A stretch of DNA of 64,000 nt from Malacoraja senta. Taxonomy: Eukaryota. The stretch is taken from NCBI GenBank assembly GCA_038087875.1, contig CM075988.1, forward strand, positions 16,432,001 to 16,496,000, read 5' to 3'. A program made the translations under genes and the position numbers. The notes below the pieces were generated by a model. That model ran no database searches. It was not told the origin of the DNA and was given only the letters and a program-made list of their open reading frames with translations. Shown in pieces: positions 37,466-51,344 of the stretch (within the stretch, counting starts at the first letter, position 1; each line of letters starts with the position of its first letter).

Positions 37466-38204
37466 GTGATGTGGAGACACAAGAGACTGCAGATGTAGGA
37501 ATCCCGAGCAAAAAGATGTGGTCTGGACCACTGAGTTCCTCCAGCAATTTGTTACTTCCATAAATGATGTGTTCTTGATGATGTCCCTCATGTGTAATGT
37601 TCAATATAAGGCCAAGTGATTGGAATTTAACATTAATGTTCAGTGTTTAGATACCAGGTCACAGACGTAAAGCTAGATCATGTCCATTCTCCTGCATGTG
37701 ACTTATTGATCTGTATATTTCCATGATCTTTAATAAAGATTAGGAAAACAAGAACCAAATGCTATAACAAGGAATTGCAGATGCTGATTATACCAAAGAA
37801 AGACACAAAATGCGGGTGTAACTCAGCAGGTCAGACAGCATCTCTGGAGATCATGGGTAAGTGACGTTTTGGGTCGGAAGGTTGATTGCAGGTTAGTTCC
37901 CATACGTTGATTGGAGACAGGTGGCCCAGGGAAAGGTTCATTCAAAATCACAAGCATGCCATCAGTGTATTCCAATGTCAAGGGTTCAAACTGCCTCCAT
38001 CAATGGCCTTGAGTATCCTCTCTGAAATGAATTTAGTGAGAGTAAACTCAAGTTCTCTTTTTAGCTGTGTCAACCACAGGTCTCTGGGGAACACTCAAAC
38101 CTCTGTGATCCTGTCATTAATATTGAAACACATTGAGTTAGAAATGCGTTCACACAACTCTGAAATAGAAGAAAAATACATTGTGTTGTTGAAAAATCAG
38201 TTTA

Positions 38205-38513
38205 AGAGCCTGTCCCACTGTACGAAGTAATTCAAAAGCTCTCCCGAGTTTAAAAAAAAAATCATACTCGTGGTAAGCACATAGAATGTACGTAGCGGGT
38301 ACGTCGGAGCTCGGGAACGTCGCTTGGCGGCTCGTAACGCTAACGGCAGGTACTCGGGAAACGCGGTAAGCTCGTGAAGATTTTTCAACATGTTGAAAAA
38401 TGTCCACGAGAGACCCAAGTACCTACGAGCGGCTATTACCGTAATTCTCCGAGTTCGAATCAAGGGAAACTGGGGAGAACTCTTGAATTAGCTCGTACAG
38501 TGGGACAGGCCCA
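38205..38513. mobile_element. Harbinger-type MITE
   Basis: TTA TSD; same subfamily as the copies at 32859 and 55277. Confidence 0.9.
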
Positions 38514-39734
38514 TTAATCTGAAGCTGAACAATGTTGCACTATTTTCTGGGTGTCTTCGCACCCGTCTTAACAAATCATCACAGGACAGAAGTGAATGGA
38601 CTTGGAAGGGTGCAGAGGAGATTTAACAGAACGTGGACAGGATTGGATAAATGATAAGTGAGGAAAGATTTGTCTGTTTATCCTTTGGAATGGTGCTTTG
38701 AGGGGAGACTTCCCTGAAAAATTATAAACGTTTGAAGAGCCTGAATGGATCCTATTGGAAGTTTCTACTTTCTTTAGCCGAAGAATCAAAAACTAGATAT
38801 AAAATCATTGGTGGAAGATTCAGATGGGAATTGGGGAACCATGTGGTTATGGTACTCACTGATGGAATGAGGCAGAAAAGCTGCATGCGCACTTGATGAC
38901 CTTTGACCTGCCAGTGTCCCGGTCTAATACTGGGGGTAGGGTGAGGTTGGGTTGTGAATGGCACAGACACAATGGACCGAATGGCCTACTTCCGAGTCAT
39001 AACTTTTCCTTGATTTGATGATTCTATGAATTATATTTTTTGGTGAAATTTACATTGTCCACAGCACTTTACTTTTAGTCTAAATGAGGGCTGTGTCGAG
39101 TAACATAATATGAGCCTACAGTGAGATGTTCAATTACACTGGTCTTCAAAACAGTTCTTATCTACTCACAAAGCAACCAGGTTTCACCAATTCTGTTTTA
39201 CCTTGAACCATGCTATTTAAAAGTTCATAGAAGTAGGTCATTCGGCCCATCATGTCTACTCCTCCATTCAATCTTGGCTGATCTATCTTTCCCTCGCAAC
39301 CCCATTCTCCTGCCTTCTCCCCATAACCCTTGACACCGTTAATAATCAAGTATCGTTAATCTCCACCTTAAAAATACCCTATGATGGCCTCCACAGCCGT
39401 CTGTGGCAATGAATTCTACAGATTCACGAACCTCTTCCTGAAGAAAGTCCTCCTCATCTCCTTTCTAAAGGTACTTCCTTTTATTCTGAGGCTGTGCCCT
39501 CTGGTGCTAGACTTTCCCACTAGTGGAAAGATCCTCTCCTTATCCACTGCTGATTGTTCATAATGCATTCTTCACTGAGACCTGCAACTCCTTGTGATCT
39601 CAGAAACAACCCTATCTGTGTACCTGGAATGTCTTGCCCAGCGGATTAGGGTCACAGTCACTCTCACCTTCCTAGTAGCCACGTAATTCTAGACAGCTAT
39701 TGCTAATCTGTGCCCCATCCATGCATTGTTGCTC

Positions 39735-39901
39735 GGCCTGTCCCACTTGGGCGTTATTTGCGCATCATTTACGCATCGGGAGACATGGTGGTGTAGGCAG
39801 TGACGCGCGGTAGCGCGCGGCGCCCCAGGATTTTGGGATTCTCAAAATCCTCGCGCGCCACCTGCGTGACGTGCAAATGACGCCCAAGTGGGACAGGCCC
39901 T
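39735..39901. mobile_element. Short Harbinger-type MITE
   Basis: TIR GGCCTGTCCCACTTGGGCGT; left end slightly eroded. Confidence 0.8.
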
Positions 39902-41230
39902 TTAGTTTACGATGAAACAGAAGAGACTTCATTTATTTTCCTTTGAGTCTGCAGTCCCCTCATGATAAGGAATTAAGCAGTCAAGGAATTATTGAATGTC
40001 CTAGGACACAATTTCTTAGAACAGAACAAATTCTTCCAAACATAAACACAAAATGCTGGAGTAACTCAGTGGGACAACCAGCATCTCTGGAGAGAAGGAA
40101 TGGGTGATGTTTTAGGTCGAGACCTTTCTTCCGACCGAGTCAGGAGAGAGAGAGAGAGACTCGAGATATGGATGAGTAAGTTAACGGAGTGAAGGGATAT
40201 GGGGAGAAAGCAGGAACGGGATACTGATTTTTTTCTGATCAGCCATGATTATATTGAATGGCGGTGCTGACTCGAAGGACTGAATGGCCTACTCCTGCAC
40301 TTGTTCTCTATGTTTTTACGTTTCTAGATCGAAGCAGACGATAGTCAAGGAAATGTAGAATGGTTCATTGTTAAGTGAGGGGAAGGTGACAACAAGGCAT
40401 ACAATCAGTAAAATGAATCAGGAGGACAGTGAAACTAGTCAGAGAAGTAGGGTGGGGGGAGGGATGGAGAGAGAGGGAAAGCAGGGGTTACTTAATCAAG
40501 AGAAATCAATACTAGTACTGCTGGGATGTTAGCTGCCCAAGCAAAATATGAGGTGCTGTTTTTCGAATACTTCCACTTGGGTTCGTGAGCAAACCAAGCA
40601 GTGAGAAGACCACTTATTGCCGTGCAATTTTCAGGAGCTGTTGGAAATCAACTGCCTCAGATAAGTGATGTGTCACATCAGCTCAGCTGTGGGGAGTCTC
40701 CTAGCAACGTCAGCACTATGTGTTTGAGATTGGATTTGTTACTTTGTCACAAATTCTTTAAATGGATAACAAATGTTTCAAAAGTGTAATAGAATATCGC
40801 TCATTCGAGTCCCAGACATGTACTTGAAGACTTTGAATTTTTAGTTTAAATCTATTGTCACATGTACTGAGGTACGGTGAAATGCTTTTGTTGTGTGCTA
40901 ACCAGTCAGCGGAAAGACGATACATGATTACAGTCGAGTCATCCACAGTGTACAGATACATGATGATGGGAACAATGTGAATCGGTGAGAGATTTTGGAA
41001 CTGCAATCCAGTGTAAGCAGTGGGTACTTCCATACTGGTAGCAAAGTTAAGATACCTTCATTACTACACTTAGAAGAACAGTGCCTCTTTCTACCCACTT
41101 TCCCACAGCTTTGTGAGCTTTCTGGGTAAGTGTCCCATTTGCATTTGAGTCTGATTCTCACCAGAAGCAGGGATGAGGCGATTACAAACTCAAGAAGATT
41201 GCAGATTTAAACTCTGGTTCAAGAACTTAT

Positions 41231-41572
41231 TTAAATGGATAACTATATAACACTGCGGAGCATCTTGGACAATACAGTTCACCCCCTCCATTGACACACT
41301 AGTCAACCTGAGGAGTACCTTCAGCACCAGACTGGTTCCACCAAGATGCAGTATAGAACACCACAGGAGATCCTTCTTCCCTGTGGCCATCAAACTGTAT
41401 AACTCCACCCCCCCCCTTCTGTCTTGGGGTAGACTGACCCCTGCCCCCCCCATCCCAAATCTTTGCACATCCCCGATCCTTTCCACTCATCACTTTAATT
41501 TCATGTATTTTGTGTTCATGACTGCTGCCAGTTCAATTTCCCTCCTGGGGTAAATAAAGTTGTATCGTATTG
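41231..41572 (+). mobile_element. Rex1/Babar-like LINE 3' end
   Basis: LRSILDNTVHPLH...RRSFFPVAIKLYNS; (GTATC) tail; TATATAA TSD. Confidence 0.8.
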
Positions 41573-44500
41573 TATATAAGGTCAGGTCGGTCCAATCCTG
41601 GGTCTCATCATGTGGCCTCTCATTGGTCCTGTGCTCCCAATCCCGTCATTGGTCACTAACACATTTCTATCCTCATTGGCTACAACGTAGTCTTCCCACT
41701 ACTCAATTGGATAATTCATGACCAGTCAAGTTTTCTTTGCCCTCCCTTCAATGTCTAATAACTTAACAGCCAAATAAGACAAAGTGTCCAAAGAAAATGT
41801 GTTTTACAATATTTTGTTTGATATAGAACATAGAACAGTAGAGCACAGGAACAGGCCCTTTGGCCAACAATGTCTGAGCCAGACCTGATGCCAAGATCTC
41901 ATCTACCTGCACGCCATCCATTATCCATGTGCCTATTTAAAAGCCTCTTAAACGCCGCTATCGTATTTGCCACCACACCCCCTGGCAGCGTATTGCCGGC
42001 ATCCATGGCCCTCTGTGTAGAAATACTTGCTCCACGCATCTCCTTTACACTTTGCCCTTCTCACCTGAACGCTATGCCCGCTAGTGCTTGATATTTCCAC
42101 TTTGGGGGAAAAAGGGGTTTCGACTGTCTACCTTATCTATGCCTCTCATAATTTTATATGCGTTCAACGTATTTTCAGGCTTCGCTCATGGGTTGTGCCT
42201 TTAATTCCTGGAGAGTGCAGGGTAGTCGGAAGGGTTGGGAACCCCACCAAGAGGCGGAAGGTCAGCCTGCTATGACCACTGTCTTTCTCGAACTTCCTAT
42301 CAATACTCTGACCATGATTCAGTCACAAATTCCAGAGTGCCTATTGTCTTGTTCATAATGGGATGCCTCGGGAAGGGAGTTGGTGACGAACTGAAGCATA
42401 ACGGCAAATGTAATTGGAGCCATCTCTTGCTCAGCAGCCTGAAGAGTCCCAGAGTCCCAGATTATGTTTTGCAGGATGTTCCTGTTCTAAATAGAAAGCT
42501 GAAATCTTCCTCGCGCGCAAAACAAAATACTCAGAACGATGTTACGCTTGTAAATCACCCCTTAAGGCAACTGACCACCCAAAGCCGCCTCACAAAGTAA
42601 TCTGTGAAGGATAACCACGTGGTTTTCATTTCATGTGTTGAGTAATCAGCAGTGAAAGGCTGAGGGTTAATAACTGATTTAACCTGAAATATCAGCCAGT
42701 CATCAGAAGAGAGAGAGAGAGCAGGCAGCCACACAAAGCTTGTGAGCGGCAATAGAACGGAGCAAAGTGTGGCCTGAACCCAGATGGTTGAAAATCCAAT
42801 TACATAGCTGTCGAGGAAATACAGGCATTTCTAACTGGTACGAGGAGACAGTGAGAAAGGCCACAAGCGCCATAACAGCAATATCACTCTGTTCAGGGCT
42901 TGTGATCATTAGCAGGCAGAGAGTCTCATTACTCTCCCTTCTCCACTTGGGATAGAAATATCCACCGCAGTGCAAGTAATGACCACAAGTCTCTCTGAAA
43001 CCATGTTAACTGACATGTTCTAGTGGCCCGACACTGACCTCCTCACTTGATTAACTGCCAAGACCTAGAAGCCAGAGGGCCCCAGGCACACGCGGCTTAA
43101 TTAAAATATCTACAAACATCGGTGGTTCCGATTAACCCTTCACCTGCCGGATGTTGCACCAACTTAAGGAATGCAGTTCACTTCCCTGTGATAATTTTTC
43201 ATAGGCCACCGTCTTATACAACAGTGTGTGAAGTTCTCTGGATGCTTTCAAGTCAGAGCTAGATAGGGCTCTTAAAGATAGCGGAGTCAGGGGATATGGG
43301 GGAGAAGGCAGGAACGGGGTACTGATTGTGGATGATCAGCCATGATCACATTGAATGGCGGTGCTGGCTCGAAGGGCAGAATGGCCTACTCCTGCACCTA
43401 TTGTCTATTGTCTATATAAGTGCACACTGCTTTCTGATGTCCAACAACTATTTTACAATGAAATATAGTGGCTTAGAAGGGATGAAAGGAAGATATTTGG
43501 GGATTTTTTTTTCCAGACGGTGGCTGGAACTTGGACAGCATTGCCTGAGAATATGGCAGAGACAGAGACTGTCCTCTAAGGAGAGCCCGGCCACAGAATG
43601 GTTCTCCAAGGATAGACACAGTGGGAGCAGGAGTTGACCAATTCCATCAATGAGAAGAGGTGTTTTAAAGGTTGGTGGTTGGCCATTGCACAGTGCAGAG
43701 AAACCTATCCAGAAACTCGACTCACAGGGAACCGCTGATGCTGGTTTACACAAAATGACACAGAGTGCTTTAGTAACTCAGCAGATCAAGCAGCATCTCT
43801 GGAGAACAGGAGTAGTGACGTTTTGGGTTGAGACACTTCTTCAGTCTGCAAGAGGGTCTCAACCCGAAACATCTTCTATCCACTGTTACTCCAGCACTTT
43901 GTGTTCATTTTGGAAGCAGATATCTGTGGCATCTTTTTTTGCAAAGCATATGAGCTCACCATTCTATGAAGGATCAAAGCAACATCTATGCCTGTCGGTT
44001 CTAGACATGTGCATCATGACTTGTAAATATCCTGCTATTTCCTAACTGTTCCTAAAACTGGGGACTCTCTGCCCAACACTGAGAGCACTAGAGGACTGCA
44101 CTGGTGGGAAAAGGAGGCTTACCACCACTTTCCCGAGGGTAAAGAGAGAGGGAGTCAATAGATGCTGGCTTTGCCAATAATATCCCATGAAGAAATTAAG
44201 CAAATATGTTTCTCCCATCACACAATTTTCCATTTCAATCTTCTTCTTGTTTCCTTCTAATGACTAACTGGCCTTAGCATGGACACTAAGTTGAGAGCAG
44301 GAATCTCACAGCAAGCACTAACACAAGCAGAAACTGATGGCCCAAAACTCTGTTCTGAGTCCCTCAGAGATCTAATCAGAATTTGCCTTCATTTGGTCTC
44401 ATCAAGGTGTCAGTTACCCCAAACCCTCATTAGAGTAACACAATGTGGCTTAACTTTCATTTCAGTTGAAGGACACGATTCCTTTAAGAGATTGGTTGCA

Positions 44501-46065
44501 AGCATTAAATAAGGTAGTATATTCAATGTAGAAAGTCAATAATGGGAAACTGATCCAATGCAGATGGATACTGAACTTGGTATCATGAACAACCTTAATT
44601 GCTAAAGTCTGCATTAGATGCTGAGGAGAAGGAGGAAAATTGGGAGATGTGGGAGGCTCCTGGAAATTATCCAGAAAAAAAACATGCAAGTGGACTTCAT
44701 TTCCAAACCCTCAGTGTAGCAGTACAAGGCTGCCTCTCACACTCTGCCTCACTCTCTATCCTAGCTTCTTCCAATCTCTAAATTGAGTACTAAATTTTAC
44801 CTAAAAGTAAAATGGATGAGAAAAGCATTTTGAAGAAAGCATATAGAAATAAATGTCCATTTAAGATTAATTCGTAACTGTGCCAAGAATGCCTTGTTGA
44901 CTACTTTAACATGGCTAGGATCAACACACAGACTGCTGAACACCCCAGTATAAAACAAAAGGACTTCTCCATAATTTGTCAAGTAGTCTGTTTAGGATTA
45001 GAGGTAGCCACAGAGGGAAGCTTGGTACATTCATGCAAACCAATAGACCTTTTTCAATGTTGGCTGTTCCAACAACAGTCATGACATTCAGAACTATCAA
45101 GGTGAAAGCATTCTGCTTGATTGAGTCCACATCCATCTTTATGAGCATTTTCATTTCTCACATTTTTTTGTGATTTTGGAGTTTATTTAGCTTCTCAAAC
45201 ATATGCCAGATCTCAGTGCAATTCCATCAGTCCCATTCCCCCGATTACTGCTCTGTATCCCATTCCCTCTCATTGCCGATCAATCCCCTCTCCCCCCCCC
45301 CCCCCATTCCGTTTCCCTGAGACGCAACCAAGCTCAGGGTGTTTACAGAGGACAATTAAGCTACCGTGACCAGCACGACTTTGGGATGTGGGAAGAAACT
45401 GGAGCACGTGGTGAAACCCACGAGGACACAGGGAGAATGTGTGAACTCCACTCACAGGGCAACAGAAGTCAGAATTGAACCCAGGTCACTGAAACAATGA
45501 GACAGCATCTCCACTGCAAGAAGTACCATTTAACATTCCCTCCACGACCGATGCATTGTGATTGTAGTGTGGACTGAGGACTTCTAGTTGTTCAATCTGA
45601 AGCACAACCTGACATTCAAAGAAGGTAAGTGTATTGGCTTGTGTGAATGTATCAAGCCTCACTCTGTGACTAGCATCTATTTCCTTTGTCCCAGTTGCTA
45701 TGGGACACCTGCTCTTGAGGAAGCAAAGTACCAAAGCTCACCAGCACCTTTTCTAGGGGAATTAGGGATAGTTTAGGAAACTTCCCAGTTTCAATCCCAT
45801 CCAAGGGGAAAATTGCCATCATAGTCACATTAATTTGTCATTTCAATCCTTTCCCTCTTTGTCCTTGTGAAGGAATAATTGTCATCTCGTGAAGAATTAT
45901 CTGAGAGCAGGAATTTCACACCGTACTAACTCACCTAGGTTTCTCACATGACATCTCCAAACCCATATTCTCTGCCACCAAGAACAAGGACTTCACTTTC
46001 AGATACCTGTCCAGGGTGCACACCATCCTGACAAAAATATATTGCCATTCCTTCATCTTTGCTGA

Positions 46066-46371
46066 GTTTAGTTTAGTTTAGAGAGACAGCATGGAAACAG
46101 GCCCTTCGGCCCACTGGGACCGCACCGACCAGCGATCCTTGCATATTAACTATATTACGCACACTAGGGACAATTTTTACATTTACCAAGCCAATTTACC
46201 TACATAACTAAGTCTTTGGAGTGTGGGACGAAACCAAAGATCTCGGAGAAAACCCATGCGGTCACAGGGAGAACGTACTAACTCCGTAGAGACAGCACCC
46301 GTAGTCGGGGTCGAACCCGGATCTCCGGCGCTGTAAGGCAGCAACTCTACCGCTGTGCCACCGTGCCGTCC
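46066..46371 (-). mobile_element. V-SINE
   Basis: Same family; other minus-strand copies at about 23483, 24235, 32293, 45340, 49881, 55022 and 58540. Confidence 0.87.
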
Positions 46372-47281
46372 TAAGTCTAAATCCTGGAACATATGCAACA
46401 CCCAAAGGACGGAGGCAGCTTAGGAAAGTGGCTTCCCGCCACCTTCTGATGGAAATTTAAAATGGGCAATAAATGCATTAAAAAATAACTTTGATTAAAA
46501 GTACTTTTAACCTTATGTTTACAATGATGGTCTTACTCACTCACAGGTAATTTTCAGTTTTCATATGTCAAAAAGAAGACACAAAGTGCTGGAGTAACTC
46601 AGCAGATCGGGCAGCATCTCCAGCATATTGTGTCGTTTTATTGTAAACCAGCATCTGCAGTTCCTTGTTTCTACCCATCAACTTGGCTTGGAACCCTTGA
46701 CAAGAGACAAGTAAGTTGTGGAGAGAATGGAATTTTACATCAAAGGGACAGGCACAACCCAAGGGATATCAACCAATAATACTAGTTGAGTGTTGCTTGG
46801 TGTTACAGTTCCAGTGTTACACTACATGGTTCAGAGTTCCATGCCAGTTTGTAGGAGAATCTTGGGGCCAACCCTCAAGGTCTGCTGGAAACCACCCACT
46901 GTGGGAATGGTGGTAGGCTTCAACTTTAAATACTCCCAATTGTCTGGGCTCCTCAACTCTCTGGGGTAGAACTTAAAATAGTACAGCACAGGAACAGGCT
47001 CTTGTTCCCATTTCTCCCTTTCCCCTCCACCTGTATTCCTTTCTCTAGATTCACATTTCATCTCCTGTCTGTATCTCCTGATCTCACACTTTTGCCTTTT
47101 CATCTTTGGCTTTTGTCCAACCATTTGACAATCAAAAGTCCCCATCACCTGCATCCACCTCTCACTTGCCAGGCTTTGTCCTGCCCCCACCTCTCTTCCA
47201 GCTTCCTTTCCCCTTCTACACAGTCTGAAGATGGATCTCGACCGAAAATGTCACTTCTCCATGTTCTCCAGAGATGTCTGA

Positions 47282-48181
47282 CATAGATACATAGAAAATA
47301 GCTGCAGGAGTAGGCCATTCGGCCCTTCGAGCCTGCAGTGCCATTCAATATGATCATGGCTGATCATCCAACTCAGTATCCCGTACCTGCCTTCTCTCCA
47401 TACCCCCTGATCCCTTTAGCCACAAGGGCCACATCTAACTCCCTCTTAAATATAGCCAATGAACTGGCCTCAACTACCCTCTGTGGCAGAGAGTTCCAGA
47501 GATTCACCACTCTCTGTGTGAAAAATGTTTTTCTCCTCTCGGTCTTAAAGGATTTCCCCCTTATCCTTAAGCTGTGACCCCCTTGTCCTGGACTTCCCCA
47601 ACATCGGGAACAATCTTCCTGCATCTAGCCTGTCCAACCCCATAAGAATTTTGTACGTTTCTATAAGGTCCCCTCTGAATCTCCTAAATTCTAGCGAGTA
47701 TAAGCCAAGTCTATCCAGTCTTTCTTCATATGAAAGTCCTGACATCCCAGGAATTAGTCTGGTGAACCTTCTCTACACTCCCTCTATGGCTATAATGTCC
47801 TTCCTCAGATTTGGAGACCAAAACTGTACGCAATACTCCAGGTGTGGTCTCACCAAGACCCTGTACAACTGCAGTAGAACCTCCCTGCTCCTATACTCAA
47901 ATCCTTTTGCTATGAAAGCTAACATACCATTCGCTTTCTTCACTGCCTGCTGCACCTGCATGCCTACTTTCAATGACTGGTGTACCATGACACCCAGGTC
48001 TCGCTGCATCTCCCCTTTTCCTAATCGGCCACCATTTAGATAATAGTCTGCTTTCCTGTTTTTGCTACCAAAGTGGATAAACTCACATTTATCCACATTA
48101 TACTGCATCTGCCAAACATTTGCCCACTCACCCAGCCTATCCAAGTCACCTTGCAGTCTCCTAGCATCCTCCTCACAGCTG
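47282..48181 (-). mobile_element. CR1 LINE 3' fragment
   Basis: LQGDLDRLGEWA...LVRPHLEYCVQFWSP...QRVVNLWNSLP plus 3' UTR. Confidence 0.95.
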
Positions 48182-48559
48182 ATGTTTCTGGCCTTCTGGC
48201 CTTTTCTTACCTCCAGTTCCCTCCCCTCTACTTCCAGCCTGAAGAAGGGTCCCAACCTGAGACGTCGCCCATCCTTTTTCTCCAGAGATGCTGCCTGACC
48301 CGCTGAGTTGCTCCAACACTTTGAGTCTATCTTCGGTATAAACCAGCATCTGCAGTTCCTTTCTACACCCTTATCCAGAGATACTGCCTGGCCTGCTGAG
48401 TTGCTCCAGCAATTTGTGTCTTTCTTTGGATAAAGCTTGGAATTCAAATTAATGGTTTGGCCTGATGTCTCTCCCCAGTCATTCCTTTCAGAGCTCCCTA
48501 CATTTAATCAGCAGGGACAAAAGCTAAACCAAATCAGCAGACAACAGCATATAAACAAA

Positions 48560-48943
48560 TGTTTTATTGCACACGGCGTTGGAGTTTTTTTTCATAGAAA
48601 AAAGGTATTAACACAAGCATTTGCAAATAGAAGCAGATTCTTTATGAGTTATCCTTTTAAACAGTAAAATAGTCCGCATGCAATGGCTTCAGGGAACTTG
48701 CTTTGAAACAATCCACAACATCAGAAAAAAACCTCATTTGTGTCCTCTGTTCAAAACAATGTGCGCTTTTTTTTTGTTTTTCTTTTTTAAATAACATCAC
48801 ATTTTGATTTTTTTTTTTTGTGCCCTGATCAGTCTGCAGAAGAAGAAAATAGTATTATTTATACAAAAAGAGTTCTTTATGTACAAGAAATATTTTTATT
48901 ACAAATTAACAAGGGCGAGGGTGATGAGGGGGGCGTGTTTGAC
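48560..48943 (-). terminator. DSCAML1: DSCAML1 3' UTR with candidate polyadenylation signals
   Basis: AT-rich, repeat-free sequence after the stop; minus-strand AATAAA at about 48895-48900 and 48563-48568. Confidence 0.55.
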
Positions 48944-49380
48944 CTACACCAGGGTGTAGGACTTTGAATAGGCTCCTGGCCCCTGCTTCTGTGACCTGCC
49001 CAGTCCAGCCGCGCTCATCTCTAGTAGCGAGTCTCTGGAGCCGCTGATTTTGGTGTGCGCGGGCAGCCGCGATTCGGCGGGGGCACTGGCGCCGCCTGTG
49101 TTGGCGCTGGAGGTGGTCGTGTTGGTGGAGGTGGCGGCGACGGGAGCCGTGGAGCCGGGCACGGTGAGAGTCCTCTGAGGTAAGGTGGCCGTGGCATGCG
49201 GGTGGATGGGCGGCTTGCTGTTGGGGTCGAGGGTCATGTGCCGGCCTTGTGCCTGGTATGCTCTGGCCACGCTCCGGATTGACGCTTCCCTTGGCGGCAC
49301 CACGGGGCAAGGGTCGCGGCCATCCGACTTGCGGAAGAATGCATCAGACTTGACGTACAGGGGGAGATTGCAATAATCAC
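48944..49380 (-). CDS. DSCAML1: DSCAML1 last coding exon
   Basis: TTTTACAG acceptor; GDYCNLPLYVKSDAFFRKSDGRDPCPVVPPREASIR...SRDSLLEMS...GAYSKSYTLV*; C-terminal PDZ-binding TLV; these motifs match DSCAML1 rather than DSCAM as recalled. Confidence 0.93.
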
Positions 49381-49494
49381 CTGTAAAATAAATAAATGAA
49401 TCAACGCAAAGGTCGAAACAAATGTAGAAACCCAAGATCACCCGAATGAAACCAATCCAACACTATTGTCCCATTTCACTGAGTGTTTACTTCA

Positions 49495-49880
49495 GTTGAA
49501 ACATCCTATAGATGGGATATGTAGAAAGCATCATATCCAATTACATTACAGCTTGGTTTGGCAACAGCTCTGCCCAAGATTGCAGGAAATTGCCTTGTCC
49601 ATCCCACAGACTAGACTCCCCACCATCATCTCCAACTCCACTCCACGCTGCCTCGGGAAAGCAGCCAGCACAATCAAGGACCTGCTTCACCCCAGTCATC
49701 ACCTCCTGTCCCCTCTCCCATCAGGCAGAAGATACTAAAGCTGAAAGCATGTACAACCAGCTTTGAGAAGAGCTTCTGCCCTACTGTTACCAAAGTAGTG
49801 AAGTGTCCTTCCATAAGCTAGGGTGTAGTCCCAATCTTCTAACTTGCCTCATTGTGGATGTTGGACTTTTTACTATGTAA
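49495..49880 (+). mobile_element. Rex1-like LINE 3' fragment
   Basis: ESIISNYITAWFGN...KAASTIKDLLHPSHHLLSPLPSGRRY; related fragments at 17010-17660(-) and 22365-22900(+). Confidence 0.75.
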
Positions 49881-51044
49881 CTTTAGTTTAGTTTAGAGAT
49901 ACAGAGTGGAAACAGGCCCTTTGGCCCAGCGAGTCCACACCGACCAGCAATCCCTACACATTGACACTATCCGACACACACTAGGGACAAAGTAAAATTA
50001 TACCAAGCCAATTTACCTACAAACCTATACGTTTTTTGAGTGTGGGAGGAAACTGGAGATTCTGGAGAAACCCAACGCGGATCACGGGATGAGCATACAA
50101 ACTCCATATTGAGAAGCCCCCGTAGGCAGTAACTGTTATGCAACAATGCTGTAGAACAATATTCTGCACTCTGATATTTTTCTCTCTGCACTATTTGTAC
50201 CTGTGCTTGGCTTGATTGTACTTATATATAGTATGTAGAAAAAGAGGGGTACCGACCCAAAACGTCACCTATCCTTTTTCTCCAGGGATGCTGCCTGATC
50301 TGCAGTTTACTCCAGCACTTTGTGTCTATCTTTTATGTATAGTATGACTTGATTGAACAGCACACAGCCAAGGCTTTTCACTGTATCTCAGTCCATGTAG
50401 CAGTCGTATAAACCAATATCCAGCTGTAATTATGCCTCAGCTGCTGAGCTTGGTTCTTGGTGTCAGCAAGAGCTTGCACTGCCTGTTGTCCCATCATCGC
50501 TCCTCTCCCCCAGTTTCTATCACTCGCCCAAACACGAGGGGCTATTCACCTACCCTCTGCCACATATTTGGGATGTGGGAGGAAACTAGAGGGGGCCTGA
50601 AGGAAATGTATCAGGTCGCAGAAAGAACATGCAAACTCCACACAGACAGCACAGGAGGTTCGGAAGGAACCCGGGTAATCAACAATCGGGCTTGGATAAG
50701 GGCGATGTCTGGCCTGTAGGCAGGGGGCCGGCAGCAGACACAACAACCCAGATGATCAGCCCTAGTTGAACCAGCGTTGCACACCCCTGAGCCTACATCA
50801 AACAACCTTACCGATTCAGAAAGCCCGCTCAAGACAGAGATTTGTGAGCCATAGGACCTTGCATAAAAAATCCAGTGACATGGATTAGCTATTGGATTAG
50901 TCATTAATTTAAATCAAATGAAGGCAACCAGGGAACAGCAACTCGCAAAAATCTCAATTTAAAACTAGTAATAGTAATGGTAACCATATTGCTACTGGTT
51001 GCCTAAAAAAATGGCTGGGATCGCCAAGAAATCTCTCATCCTTA

Positions 51045-51344
51045 AGGGCCTGTCCCACTTTTCCAAGTTACTCACGAATTCCCCTGAGTTTTCCCCGTGA
51101 TTCAAACTCGGAGATGCCGGCCGTAGGTACTCGGGGCTATTTTTTTTACTCGTGGACATTTTTCATCATGCTGAAAAAACGTCCCGACTTACCTGATGCC
51201 CCAAGTACCTACGGCTACAATATAACGAGCCGCTACGATATATCCACGGACTCTTACGGACTCGCTACGGACATTCTCCGAGTTTGAATCAAGGGGACAA
51301 CTCGGGAGAATTTGTGAGTAACTCGGGAAAGTGGGACAGGCCCT
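51045..51344. mobile_element. Harbinger-type MITE in a DSCAML1 intron
   Basis: TIR AGGGCCTGTCCCACTTT; TTA/ATA flanks. Confidence 0.87.

Noticed and set aside
1..48000. CEP164 or IGSF5-like exons expected from mammalian synteny
   Set aside because: No recognisable coiled-coil or Ig-domain exons found in the window
47773..48447. 224-aa ORF
   Set aside because: Chance fusion of a Penelope palindrome and a CR1 RT fragment
48906..49310. 134-aa alternative-frame ORF over the DSCAML1 last exon
   Set aside because: Shadow ORF caused by GC-rich codon usage
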